A DNA stretch of 64,000 nucleotides from an uncultured Actinomycetes bacterium (lineage in GTDB: Bacteria; Actinomycetota; Actinomycetes; Mycobacteriales; SCTD01), in contig CAWASE010000016.1 in the NCBI GenBank assembly GCA_963784675.1, positions 7,267 to 71,266 of the forward strand, in the 5' to 3' direction. The first letter of the stretch is position 1. Each line of letters begins with the position of its first letter. The position numbers were made by a program, and so were the translations under genes. The notes under the pieces are model-generated. The model did no database searches, was not told where the DNA came from, and worked only from the letters and a program-made list of their open reading frames with translations. Positions 54,305 to 62,944 of the stretch are shown here, piece by piece.

Positions 54305-56594
54305 ATGGCTGGCGCCGACCGGCACCTGCACGTCGGCGGGCCGGCACGGTGGGCGGTGCTGCTGGCCCCCCTGGTGCTGACCCCCTTGCTGGTGACAGGC
54401 TCTGCCTCCGCGGCCTCGACCACCGTGGTCACCGAGGCCGACGCCTACGTCGTGCTGGCCGGCAAGGAGGCCAAGCAGGCCTTCGGCACGGCGGCCGTCC
54501 TGCGCACCGGCGTCACGGGCCCGGTGCGCAGCTATCTGCGCTTCACCGTCCCGGCAGGTTCCACCACGACCGGCGCCGTGCTCCGGCTCTACCCGCGCAC
54601 GAGCGCGGTCGAAGGCTTCGAGGTGGCCACCACGGCGGGCGGCTGGCAGGAGCGGACCGTCACGGGGCGGACCGCGCCGGCGCCCGGACCCACCGGCATC
54701 CGTTCCGGGCCGGTCACCAACGGCGTCTGGACCGACGTGGACGTCACTGCGCTGGTCAACGGTCCGGGCCCGGTCGACCTGGTTCTCTCGGCTCCCACCG
54801 GGGGCACGATCGACTACAGCAGCCGCGAGGCGGGCGCCGCGACAGCGCCGCAGCTGGTCCTGCAGACGGCGGCCAGCACCTCCCCGACGGCCAGCCCCTC
54901 TCCGGCTGCGAGCCCCTCTCCGGCTGCGAGCGCCCCGCCCGTCACCGTCTCCTGCCACGACGACCCCGACCGCGAGCCCGACCGCGGGCCCGACGGTCGC
55001 GGCACCTGCCCCCAGCGCCTCGGGCTATGCGGGGGCGGTGCTCCGCGACACCCCCGTCGGCTACTGGCGGCTGGGCGAGCGCAGCGGCACGACGGCCGCC
55101 GACGCGAGCGGTGCGGACCGGACGGGCACGTTCGCCGGCGGCCCGACCCTCGGGCGGCCCGGTGCGCTGTCGTCGGACCCGGACACCGCGGTCGGGTTCA
55201 ACGGCGTCAGCGGTGAGGTCGGCATCCCCAGCGACGCCGATCTGCGTCTGAACGGCACCTTCACGATGGAGTTCTGGGCGCGCAGCGGAGCGTTCGCCAA
55301 CACCTACCCCGGTCTGCTGCGCAAGGGCGACGCCTCGGGCCCGAACGGCTACCTGGTCTGGTACACCGCCTCGGGTCAGCTCTACCTGAAGCGCAACGGG
55401 GTCAGCATCGGCACCGGCGCCGGCTCCCTGACCTCTCAGTTCCGGCACTTCGCGGTCAGCTACGACGGTCTGCAGGTGCGGTGGTACGTCGACGGTGCGC
55501 TGGTGTCCAGCCAGTCGCGGACCTACCCCGCCGGCGCCGGCGTCGACGCCCTGACGCTCGGACGCGGTGACCAGGCCGGCGCCCACGACCTGGACGAGGT
55601 CGCCTTCTACAGCACCGCGCTGAGCGCCGGGCAGCTGGGAGCGCACCGCTCGGCGGCCTCGGCAGCCGCCTCCACCAGCCCCAGCCCGAGCCCCAGCCCG
55701 AGCCCGAGCCCTAGCCCGACGCAGACCCCGACGCCGGCCCCGACGTCCGTGCGCATCGCTGCGGCCGGCGACATCGCCTGCGACCCCACCGACCAGAACT
55801 ACAACGGTGGTGCGGGCACCGCCGGCTTCTGCCGTCAGCGCGACACCGCGGCCCTGCTGGACTCCGGCGGGTACAGCGCGGTGCTGCCGATCGGTGACAT
55901 CCAGTACACCGACGCCACCCTTGCCAAGATCCAGCAGGTGTACGACACGAGCTGGGGGCGGACCAAGGCGCTGCACCGTCCGGTCGTCGGCAACCACGAG
56001 TACCTCGTCTCCGGTGCGTCCGGGTACTACGACTACTACGGAGCGCAGGCCGGCCCGCGGAGCAAGGGCTGGTACAGCTACGACCTCAACGGCTGGCACC
56101 TGATCGCGCTCAACGGCGAGTCCGAAGGTTGCCAGAGCGTGCCCGGTGGCTGCGGTGCCTCGTCCGAGCAGGCGGCCTGGCTCAAGGCCGACCTGGCGGC
56201 GCACCCTGCCGCGTGCACGCTGGCGTACTGGCACGTGCCGCGGTACAGCTCGACGGCACCGGAGAACGCCACGCTGTTCCAGACCTTCTGGCAGTACCTG
56301 CAGGACGCCGGAGCCGAGGTCGTCCTGAACGGGCACTTCCACAACTACGAGCGCTTCGCGCCCATGAACGCGCAGGGTCAGCCCACCGCGCAGGGCATCC
56401 GCCAGTTCGTCGTCGGTACCGGGGGCAAGAGCCTGGTCGGCTACTCCGGGACGCTGGCTCCTTCCAGCGAGGTCCGCAACAGCTCGACCTACGGCGTGCT
56501 GGAGCTCGATCTCAAGCCCGGCTCCTACAGCTGGAAGTTCAAGCCGATCGCCGGTCAGAGCTTCACCGACAGCGGGAGCCAGAGCTGCCACTGA
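54305..56594 (+). pseudogene. secreted three-domain protein: DNRLRE-type beta-sandwich + LamG/ConA-like lectin + calcineurin-like metallophosphoesterase; frame break near 54935
   Basis: ATG at 54305 after ggggag. Signal WAVLLAPLVLTPLLVTGSASAAS. Domain 1: EADAYVVL...RSYLRFTVPAGS...AVLRLYP. A P/S/T/A linker changes frame at gcgagcgccccgcccgtc. Domain 2: LRDTPVGYWRLGE...FTMEFWAR...HFAVSYDG...LDEVAFY. (SP)n linker. Domain 3: AAAGDIACD, PIGDIQY, GNHEY, LNGHFHNYERF. Track ORFs 54182..55216 and 55038..56594. Confidence 0.75.
55677..55718. repeat. 6-bp (agcccn)x7 repeat encoding an (SP)7 interdomain linker
   Basis: agcccc agcccg agcccc agcccg agcccg agccct agcccg, between the LamG-like and metallophosphoesterase domains. 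Confidence 0.8.
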
Positions 56595-57268
56595 TCTGGG
56601 CTCCGCGGTGGCGTCGGGCGTTCGTCCTGTCGGTCGCCGTAGGGCTCGCCCCGTGGGCGGCCGTCTCGGCGTTCGCGCTGGACGAGGCGCGGATCGTGGA
56701 CGTCAGCTGCACCGGACTGCGGGTGACGCAGGTGGGGTTGCCCCCGGACGCCGCCGTCGAGGTCGTCGCGGTCGACGCCGTCAGCGGTCGCGCCCTGGCC
56801 GACCTGGACGTGCGCTCGGGACCCGACGGGTCGCTGGACGTCAGGTTGGCGGCCGACCTGACCTCGGTGACGCGCCTCGCGGTGGAGGTCGAGATCGACC
56901 ACCAGGAGTACGGCGAGGCCGGCGCCGATCTGCCGCAGCCGTGCTCGGCGGCGCCCACGGTGCCGGCGTTCGCCCCGCCGACCCGGCCCCCGGCCCCTTC
57001 TACCGGCCCTTCTGCCGCCCCTTCCGCCTCGCCCGTCCCCGACCCCGTGCCGCCGTCGCGGGCAGCACCGTCCCCGGCGCCCCTCGCGGCGCCCACGACG
57101 CAGGCGTCGGTGCCGTCGACGGCCCCGACGCCGCCACGCTCGGCCCTGGGGCCGAGCGATGTCACGTCCTGGCCGGTGGCCCTGGCTGCGGGCGCCGGCG
57201 CAGGCGGTGCGACGACCCTGCTGGTGATCGCGGGCTGGGTGGCCCTCGCCCGGCGGGACGTGCTGTGA
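56591..57268 (+). CDS. secreted/membrane-tethered Pro-rich protein, unknown function (start codon unclear)
   Basis: Signal-like RWRRAFVLSVAVGLAPWAAVSAFA|LDE, a ~90-aa beta-rich domain with two Cys, a P/S/T/A-rich spacer and a C-terminal TM (LAAGAGAGGATTLLVIAGWVALARR). No ATG, GTG or TTG lies upstream in frame; the only candidates are CTG at 56591 or ATC at 56594. The TGA overlaps the next gene's GTG. Confidence 0.45.
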   Translation: MIWAPRWRRAFVLSVAVGLAPWAAVSAFALDEARIVDVSCTGLRVTQVGLPPDAAVEVVAVDAVSGRALADLDVRSGPDGSLDVRLAADLTSVTRLAVEVEIDHQEYGEAGADLPQPCSAAPTVPAFAPPTRPPAPSTGPSAAPSASPVPDPVPPSRAAPSPAPLAAPTTQASVPSTAPTPPRSALGPSDVTSWPVALAAGAGAGGATTLLVIAGWVALARRDVL

Positions 57269-58356
57269 ACGAGGTCCGGCTGCACCTGCAGGGAGTGGTT
57301 CAGGTGCTGCTCGTCGACCCGACCGAGTCCGACGTGACGGGGGTGGTGGGGGACACCGGGCTGGCCCTCGGCGGCTCCGGCGAGCCCGACGTCACCGTGC
57401 GGTTCGTCGAGGACCTGCGCACCGGGCCGGTGCGCATGCTCGGCGTCGAGGGTGGCGCCTGCGCTGCGGGCTACCTGGTCCAGCCGACGGGCAACCGGCC
57501 ACCGGGTCGCACGCTGGTGCCGCTCACCGAGGTCGGGGGGCGCTGCGAGCTGCTGGTCGAGCGCGGGTCGCCCTCGGTGCCGCTGCTGATCGAGGTGCTG
57601 AACCTCACCGCGGCACAGCGGGGGCTGCTGCCGCTGCACGGCGCCGCCTTCGTCTGGCAGGACCTGGGCTGGGTGGTCACCGGCTGGTCGAAGGGCGGCA
57701 AGACCGAGACGGTCCTCGGGGTCACCGCGCGCGGCGCACGTTTCGTCGGCGACGAGTGGGTCTACCTGGCCGGCGGTCAGGCGCACGGGACGGCGCATCC
57801 GCTGCGGTTGTGGGACTGGCAGCTGCGTCAGCGTCCGGACGTGCTGGCCGGGCTCACGCGCAAGCAGCGGCTGCGGCTGAACGCCGTCGGGCGGGCGCTG
57901 CGCCTGCACGCCGACGCGGGCGGTCGACGGCGCCGACTCCCTCCTTACCGGCTGCTGGCGGCCGCCGCGCCGGCGCTCCGGGAGCAGCACGGCGTCTATG
58001 CCCGACCGCAGGACGTCTTCCCGGTCGCCGACCGGCAGCCCAGCGCCCCGCTCGACCGGCTGGTGCTGATGGAGAGCAGCTCGGCCCGCAGCACGACGTC
58101 CGAGCGGCTGGACCCGGGCCTGGTCGCCGAGCGGATGGTGGCCTCGCTGCAGTACGAGCGTCGCGACCTCACCGACGCCTGGACCCGCTACCGCTATGCC
58201 GAACCGGCCGCCCAGAACCTGCGCCTGGACCAGATCGCCGACGTCGAGCGGCGGCTGCTGCACGCCGCGTTCACCGGCGTCGACACCTTTCGGGTCGATC
58301 ATCCCTATCCGGTCGAGCTGTCGGTCCTGGCAGACGCGCTCAACGACCTGGTCTGA
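57265..58356 (+). CDS. HprK/P-C-terminal-like P-loop protein (HPr-kinase-related, non-canonical)
   Basis: The GTG at 57265 gives 363 aa. The core LLPLHGAAFVWQDLGWVVTGWSKGGKTETVLGVTARGARFVGDEWVYL follows the HprK pattern H-G..v....G.l..G.SG.GKSE.al.l...G..lv.DD. It is the last part of track ORF 56608..58356. Confidence 0.6.
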   Translation: MNEVRLHLQGVVQVLLVDPTESDVTGVVGDTGLALGGSGEPDVTVRFVEDLRTGPVRMLGVEGGACAAGYLVQPTGNRPPGRTLVPLTEVGGRCELLVERGSPSVPLLIEVLNLTAAQRGLLPLHGAAFVWQDLGWVVTGWSKGGKTETVLGVTARGARFVGDEWVYLAGGQAHGTAHPLRLWDWQLRQRPDVLAGLTRKQRLRLNAVGRALRLHADAGGRRRRLPPYRLLAAAAPALREQHGVYARPQDVFPVADRQPSAPLDRLVLMESSSARSTTSERLDPGLVAERMVASLQYERRDLTDAWTRYRYAEPAAQNLRLDQIADVERRLLHAAFTGVDTFRVDHPYPVELSVLADALNDLV

Positions 58357-59122
58357 CCTCGGCGGCGACCAGGGCGGCGTCCACGGCGGCCAGGACCTGC
58401 GCAGCGATCACGTCCACCGGGCGCTCGGCGTCGACGACCAGCACCCCCAGCCGGGCGGCCTGCTCCAGGTAGGCGGTCCGGTGCGCCGCGAGCCGGTCGA
58501 CCGTGTACTCCTCCGGCGTACGCCGGTAGGCCTCCTGCGCGCTGACGTCGAGATACAGCGCGCACACCGGGCTGGGCGTGAGCCGCCGGAGCAGCGCTGC
58601 CTGGCGGTCGACGTCACCGACCCGGGCGTACCTGTCCTGCAGGTGGACGAGACTGTCGAGCAGGTAGCGGTCCCGGACGACGATGCGTCCCTGCCGGACC
58701 TCGCGCAGCGTCTCCCGGCGCACCGACACGGCGTGCGAGAGCGCCACCAGGGTGACCCAGAGGGCGCTGACGCGGGGCATCCGCTCCCGCAGCCGCCGGG
58801 CGGCTGCATGCTCGGGCAGCACCGCGAACTCCGGCAGGACCCCGCCCCCCGCCAGGCTGTCCTCGGCAGGCGGCACGATCGAGGGGCGCAGCCGCAGCGC
58901 CAGTCGCAGCAGGAACCGGATCGGGGCCGTCAGCCGCTTCAGACCGTCGTCGTAGCTGAGGCGCTGCCAGCACACGACGGCGTCGAAGCCGCGGGCGTTC
59001 AGCGCCTGGACCAGGGCCTCACCCTGGGTCGACTTGCCGGCCCCGTCCAGGCCGGAGAGGGCGACGACGGCGCCGCGGGGGACTCGTGCGCGGCCGACCA
59101 CCGGCGCTCGCAAGGACGTCAT
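58340..59122 (-). CDS. thymidylate-kinase-like (dTMP kinase family) P-loop protein
   Basis: ATG at 59122 (ATGA overlap with the upstream GNAT). VVALSGLDGAGKSTQGEALVQAL (P-loop) and VVRDRYLLDSLVHLQ (DRY..S motif), with an inserted hydrophobic or extra segment between them. Confidence 0.6.
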   Translation of the reverse strand: MTSLRAPVVGRARVPRGAVVALSGLDGAGKSTQGEALVQALNARGFDAVVCWQRLSYDDGLKRLTAPIRFLLRLALRLRPSIVPPAEDSLAGGGVLPEFAVLPEHAAARRLRERMPRVSALWVTLVALSHAVSVRRETLREVRQGRIVVRDRYLLDSLVHLQDRYARVGDVDRQAALLRRLTPSPVCALYLDVSAQEAYRRTPEEYTVDRLAAHRTAYLEQAARLGVLVVDAERPVDVIAAQVLAAVDAALVAAEVRPGR

Positions 59123-60255
59123 CGCACCGGCTCCGACTCGTCGGGGCGTCGACCTCGACGCAGGTCGGACAGGATCCACCAGGCACGGGTCAGCGCCGTC
59201 GAGCCCCGCTTGGCTGCCCGCGCACGCTCGACGAGCTCGTGGCCGCGGGCCACGGCAGGGCTGCTGAAGGCGAGCAGGTTGGACCGCGGGAGCACCGCGG
59301 TGGCGCTCTGCAGCTTGTAGGGCTCCTCGCCCTGCATCCAGTCCAGCTCGTCCCAGCGGTCAGAGGTGGCCACGTGCACCAGGGCCTCGGTGTTCGCGAC
59401 CCGTCCGGCGCTGAAGTCCGCCCACTGCGGTGCCAACCGGTTGTCCCAGCTGCGCAGCGCCCGACCGTCCGACAGCGCGCACAGGTACGCGGCCAGGTCT
59501 CCGGACAGCCGCAGGGTCAGCAGCTCGACCTCGCCGCGCTCGGCGTGCCGCAGGATGGTCTCGCAGAAGAAGGCCGCGGCCCGCGGGTCGTCATGGTCGC
59601 TACGGCGGCCCAGCTGCTCGTCCCGGGCCCGGTGGACCCGTTGCAGCTCGGGCAGCAGCGCCGTGATCGCGTCGGCGTCCGAGGTCCAGGCCAGGTCCGG
59701 CTCCAGACCCGCTGCCGCCATCTTGTTGCGGATCTTCGCCAGCGCCTTGCGGGTGTTGCGGCTGAGGTAGTCCTGCGGTTCGCGACCGGTGAACCGGACG
59801 GTCGGTAGCCCCTCGCCCGGCTCCAGCCGAGCCCGCCCGAGCCGTTGCTGGAGCAGCCGGACCACGCGATCGTCGGGGTCGACCTGTTCCACGCGCAGGG
59901 CCCAACGTCGGGGCAGGCTCGTGACGACGAGGTCAGCGAGCCGGTCGGCGGCGTCGTCGTCGACCGCCGGCAGCCGCAGGTCGTCGGTGGGTCCGTGGCC
60001 CAGCCCCACGACCTGCACGAGCCCGCCGGGCCGCCGTCGCAGCGCGAGCGGCGCGCAGGCGACGAGCTCGGCGTCGCGCTCGACGCAGGCGACCCAGGGG
60101 TCGTGGTCGCCGTAGCTGTCGATCCACGCCTGCAGCCAGGGCCGGCGGGACGTGACGGGAGCGTCGACCCGGGTGCAGAGCGCGTCGAAGGCCGGGCCGA
60201 CCTGCGACAACGCGGTCGGCCCCCGAAGGATCCGGGTCGTGCCGGAAGCGGCCAT
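59119..60255 (-). CDS. CelD/BioF2/FemAB-like GNAT-fold acyltransferase (Acetyltransf_6-type)
   Basis: ATG at 60255. YLSRNTRKALAKIRNKM, LTLRLSGDLAAYLCAL, DWMQGEEPYKLQ (resembles the family's D..G.e.YK motif). ~378 aa. Confidence 0.6.
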   Translation of the reverse strand: MAASGTTRILRGPTALSQVGPAFDALCTRVDAPVTSRRPWLQAWIDSYGDHDPWVACVERDAELVACAPLALRRRPGGLVQVVGLGHGPTDDLRLPAVDDDAADRLADLVVTSLPRRWALRVEQVDPDDRVVRLLQQRLGRARLEPGEGLPTVRFTGREPQDYLSRNTRKALAKIRNKMAAAGLEPDLAWTSDADAITALLPELQRVHRARDEQLGRRSDHDDPRAAAFFCETILRHAERGEVELLTLRLSGDLAAYLCALSDGRALRSWDNRLAPQWADFSAGRVANTEALVHVATSDRWDELDWMQGEEPYKLQSATAVLPRSNLLAFSSPAVARGHELVERARAAKRGSTALTRAWWILSDLRRGRRPDESEPVR

Positions 60256-60275
60256 GACGTCCTTCCTCCCAGGGC

Positions 60276-61784
60276 GTGTGTGGCAGGGTATGTGCTGTGG
60301 TGCAGCGGCGGTCCAGCTCTGACCCCGCGAGCGATCAGACGCCACCTGATGACCTGGAGGCCCGCGCAGCGCGCGGTGCCCGCTGGGTCGGCGTCGGGGC
60401 GCTGGTCTCCAACGTGGTGGCGTCGGCCGTCACCCTGGTGCTGGCGGCCGTGCTGCGCCCGTCGGACCTGGGTGTGCTCGCGATCGGCCAGCTGGTCTTC
60501 GTCGTCGGCAACACCCTGCAGGACGTCGGCCTGTGGGACGTGCTCGTCTACTACCGGGGCCGGACCAAGCAGGCCGCCGAGGCCGCGCTGCTCGTGTGGC
60601 TCTCGGCGAGCGGCGTGCTCGCGACCGTGGTGGTGCTGACCGCCCCCCTGATCGCCCGGTTCTTCGACGAGCCGCGGGCCACGCCGGTGATCGCCGTCTC
60701 GGGCCTGCTGCTGGTCTGCTACGCGGCGGCCCTGGTCCCGCAGGCGCTGCGCACCCGCTCGATGGACCTGCACCGGCGGGCTCAGGTGCAGCTTTCTTCG
60801 GTGGTGCTCGGAGGCGCCGTCACCGTCGTCCTGCTCTTCGGTACGTCGCTGGGACTGGCGGCGATGGTGCTGGGCCAGGTCACCCAGGGGGTCGCCCTGG
60901 TCGTGCTCGCCTGGGCGGTCGGGCCGCGGGTGCGTCCGCGCTGGCACGGCGACGTGCTGCGCGAGATGCTGCCCTACGGTCGGCACCTGTTCGGGCTGGC
61001 GATGTTCACCATCGCCCAGAAGAACGTCGACTACCTCATCGTGGGGCGCGTGCTCGGCGCCTCGGCGCTGGGGGTGTACACGCTGGGCTTCCGCATCGCC
61101 TTCCTGCCGTACGCCCTGGTCACCACCGTGCTCGCGAGCACGATGTTCGCCCTGGCCTGCCGGCTGGAGGGCCTGCGTCGCTCTGAGGTGCTGCTCGGGT
61201 ACACCCGCACGCTGCTGCTGCTCGTGACCCCGATGGCGACCGGTCTCGTCGTGTTCGCGCCGGTCGTGACGGTGCTGGGCGACAGCTGGCTGCCCGCGGT
61301 GCCGGTGCTGCGCGGCCTGGGCTTCTACGTCCTAGCGGCGAGCGTGGCGTCGATGGCCGAGGCGGGGCTGAAGGCGGTGGGCCGACCGGACCGCGCCCTG
61401 CTCACCTCGGCCTGCCACCTCGGGCTGCTGGTGGTCCTGCTGCTCGTGCTCGCCCCGAAGGGGGTGACGGTCGTCGCTGCTGCCCGCGCCGGGATCGCCC
61501 TCGTCGTGGCCCTGCTCGGCTGGGAGCTGCTGCGTCGCCAGCTGGACCTCCCGGTCGGGAAGCTGCTCGCGCTGCTGCCCGTGCCGCTGGCGGGCGCCGG
61601 TGTCATGACCGCCGTCGCGATCCTGGCGTCCTGGTCGCCGGTGGGGGGCCAGACCGTGCACCTGGCCAGCGCGGTGCCGCAGGCCCTCGCTGCCGTGGCG
61701 GGCTACGCCGCCGTGGTCCTGCTGCTGGATCGCCGGTCGGCGGTCGCGGTCTGCGAGCGGCTCCAGCGGCAATGGGCCCGATGA
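60276..61784 (+). CDS. polysaccharide/oligosaccharide flippase (MOP superfamily, Wzx-like)
   Basis: About 14 TM segments: VGVGALVSNVVASAVTLVLAAVLRPSDLGVLAIGQLVF..., KNVDYLIVGRVLGASALGVYTLGFRIAF. The start is approximate; other GTGs lie at ~60297-60300. Confidence 0.8.
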   Translation: MCGRVCAVVQRRSSSDPASDQTPPDDLEARAARGARWVGVGALVSNVVASAVTLVLAAVLRPSDLGVLAIGQLVFVVGNTLQDVGLWDVLVYYRGRTKQAAEAALLVWLSASGVLATVVVLTAPLIARFFDEPRATPVIAVSGLLLVCYAAALVPQALRTRSMDLHRRAQVQLSSVVLGGAVTVVLLFGTSLGLAAMVLGQVTQGVALVVLAWAVGPRVRPRWHGDVLREMLPYGRHLFGLAMFTIAQKNVDYLIVGRVLGASALGVYTLGFRIAFLPYALVTTVLASTMFALACRLEGLRRSEVLLGYTRTLLLLVTPMATGLVVFAPVVTVLGDSWLPAVPVLRGLGFYVLAASVASMAEAGLKAVGRPDRALLTSACHLGLLVVLLLVLAPKGVTVVAAARAGIALVVALLGWELLRRQLDLPVGKLLALLPVPLAGAGVMTAVAILASWSPVGGQTVHLASAVPQALAAVAGYAAVVLLLDRRSAVAVCERLQRQWAR

Positions 61785-62944
61785 GGGCTCGGCTGCTGCC
61801 GGCCGGCCGGCTGGATGCGGACCAGGTCGGCCGCTGGCAGAGCCTCGCGGCCGCCGCGGTCGAACCGAACCCGTTCTTCGAGCCGCTCGCCGTCCAGCCT
61901 GCCCTGGAGCTGCTGCCAGGAGGCGCCGACGTGCTCCTGCTGGTCGTCGAGGACGACGCGCAGTGGCAGCTGGCCCTGCCCGTGCTGCGTCGTCGGGGCC
62001 GGCTCGGGATCCCGCTCAAGACGCTGCAGGGCTGGGACCACCCCTACTCCTTCCTCGGGACGCCGCTGGCGCGCGCCGAAGGCCTCCCGCACGTCTGGTC
62101 GGCGGTGCTCGAGGGCGACCTGGGCGTCCGATGGCTGTCGCTGGACCACTGCGCGCTGGACGGTCCGGTCGTCGCCGCCCTGGAGCGGACGCTGTCGACG
62201 CACGGGTTGAAGACGCAGACCAGCCGGGCCTTCGAGCGGCCGGTGCTGAACCGTCGACCGGCGCCCGACTACCTCGACGGGCGCGTGAGCAGTCGGCACC
62301 GCAAGACCCTGCGCCGGCAGGAACGACGGCTGGCCGAGGGGCTGGGGGGAGAGCTCGAGCTGGTCGACCATGCCAGCGACGGTCCGGGAGACCGGCTCGA
62401 CGTCGGGATCGAGCTGCTGCTCGCGCAGGAGCGCGCCGGGTGGAAGGGCCGTGCGGGTACGGCGATGGCCTGCCGCGACGACGATGCGGAGCTGTTCCGG
62501 CGCTGGTGCCGGGCGTTCGCGGCGGCCGGACGGCTCGAGCTCTGGAGCCTGCAGGGGCCCGCCGGCAGCGCGGCCACCCAGAGCAACGTCCGGGCCGGTC
62601 AGACCATCTTCCACTTCAAGATCGCCTACGACGAGACGTGGCGCTCCTACTCGCCCGGCCTTCAGGTCGAGCTCGCCATGGTCGACACGTTCCACCATGA
62701 CCACCGCCTGCAGCACATCGACTCCGGTGGCGAGACCGACGACAGCGTGTCGGGTCACCTCTACCCGGACCGCGCCCGGCTGGGGACCGTCCTGGTCCCG
62801 CTGGACCGTCGCGGGCAGCTCGCAGTGACCGCCGGGCACCGCAGCGCTGCGTTGCGCAGGCGGGCCGGTGAGCTGCGCCGGCGCCTGCCGGCTCGCGTGC
62901 CAGCAGGAGCGCCGGGCGCAGCGGCCGGCGGGGAAGCCTCGTGA
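61772..62944 (+). CDS. second CelD/FemAB-like GNAT-fold acyltransferase
   Basis: NPFFEPLAVQPALELL, SSRHRKTLRRQERRL, ERAGWKGRAGTAM, YDETWRSYSPGLQVEL. An alternative ATG at 61781 gives an ATGA overlap with the flippase stop. Confidence 0.55.
   Translation: MGPMRARLLPAGRLDADQVGRWQSLAAAAVEPNPFFEPLAVQPALELLPGGADVLLLVVEDDAQWQLALPVLRRRGRLGIPLKTLQGWDHPYSFLGTPLARAEGLPHVWSAVLEGDLGVRWLSLDHCALDGPVVAALERTLSTHGLKTQTSRAFERPVLNRRPAPDYLDGRVSSRHRKTLRRQERRLAEGLGGELELVDHASDGPGDRLDVGIELLLAQERAGWKGRAGTAMACRDDDAELFRRWCRAFAAAGRLELWSLQGPAGSAATQSNVRAGQTIFHFKIAYDETWRSYSPGLQVELAMVDTFHHDHRLQHIDSGGETDDSVSGHLYPDRARLGTVLVPLDRRGQLAVTAGHRSAALRRRAGELRRRLPARVPAGAPGAAAGGEAS

Noticed and set aside
4084-55718. Short tandem repeats (9, 21, 18 and 6 bp units) considered as possible CRISPR or other non-coding arrays
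   Set aside because: All lie inside coding frames, are multiples of 3 nt, have no spacers and translate to low-complexity or heptad peptide repeats. No CRISPR-like repeat-spacer structure exists anywhere in the window.
52308-58302. Long ORFs 52308..54380 (+), 54942..56591 (-) and 56563..58302 (-)
   Set aside because: They are antisense to the DUF4012-like, metallophosphoesterase and HprK-like genes respectively, with low-complexity R/G/P/A composition.
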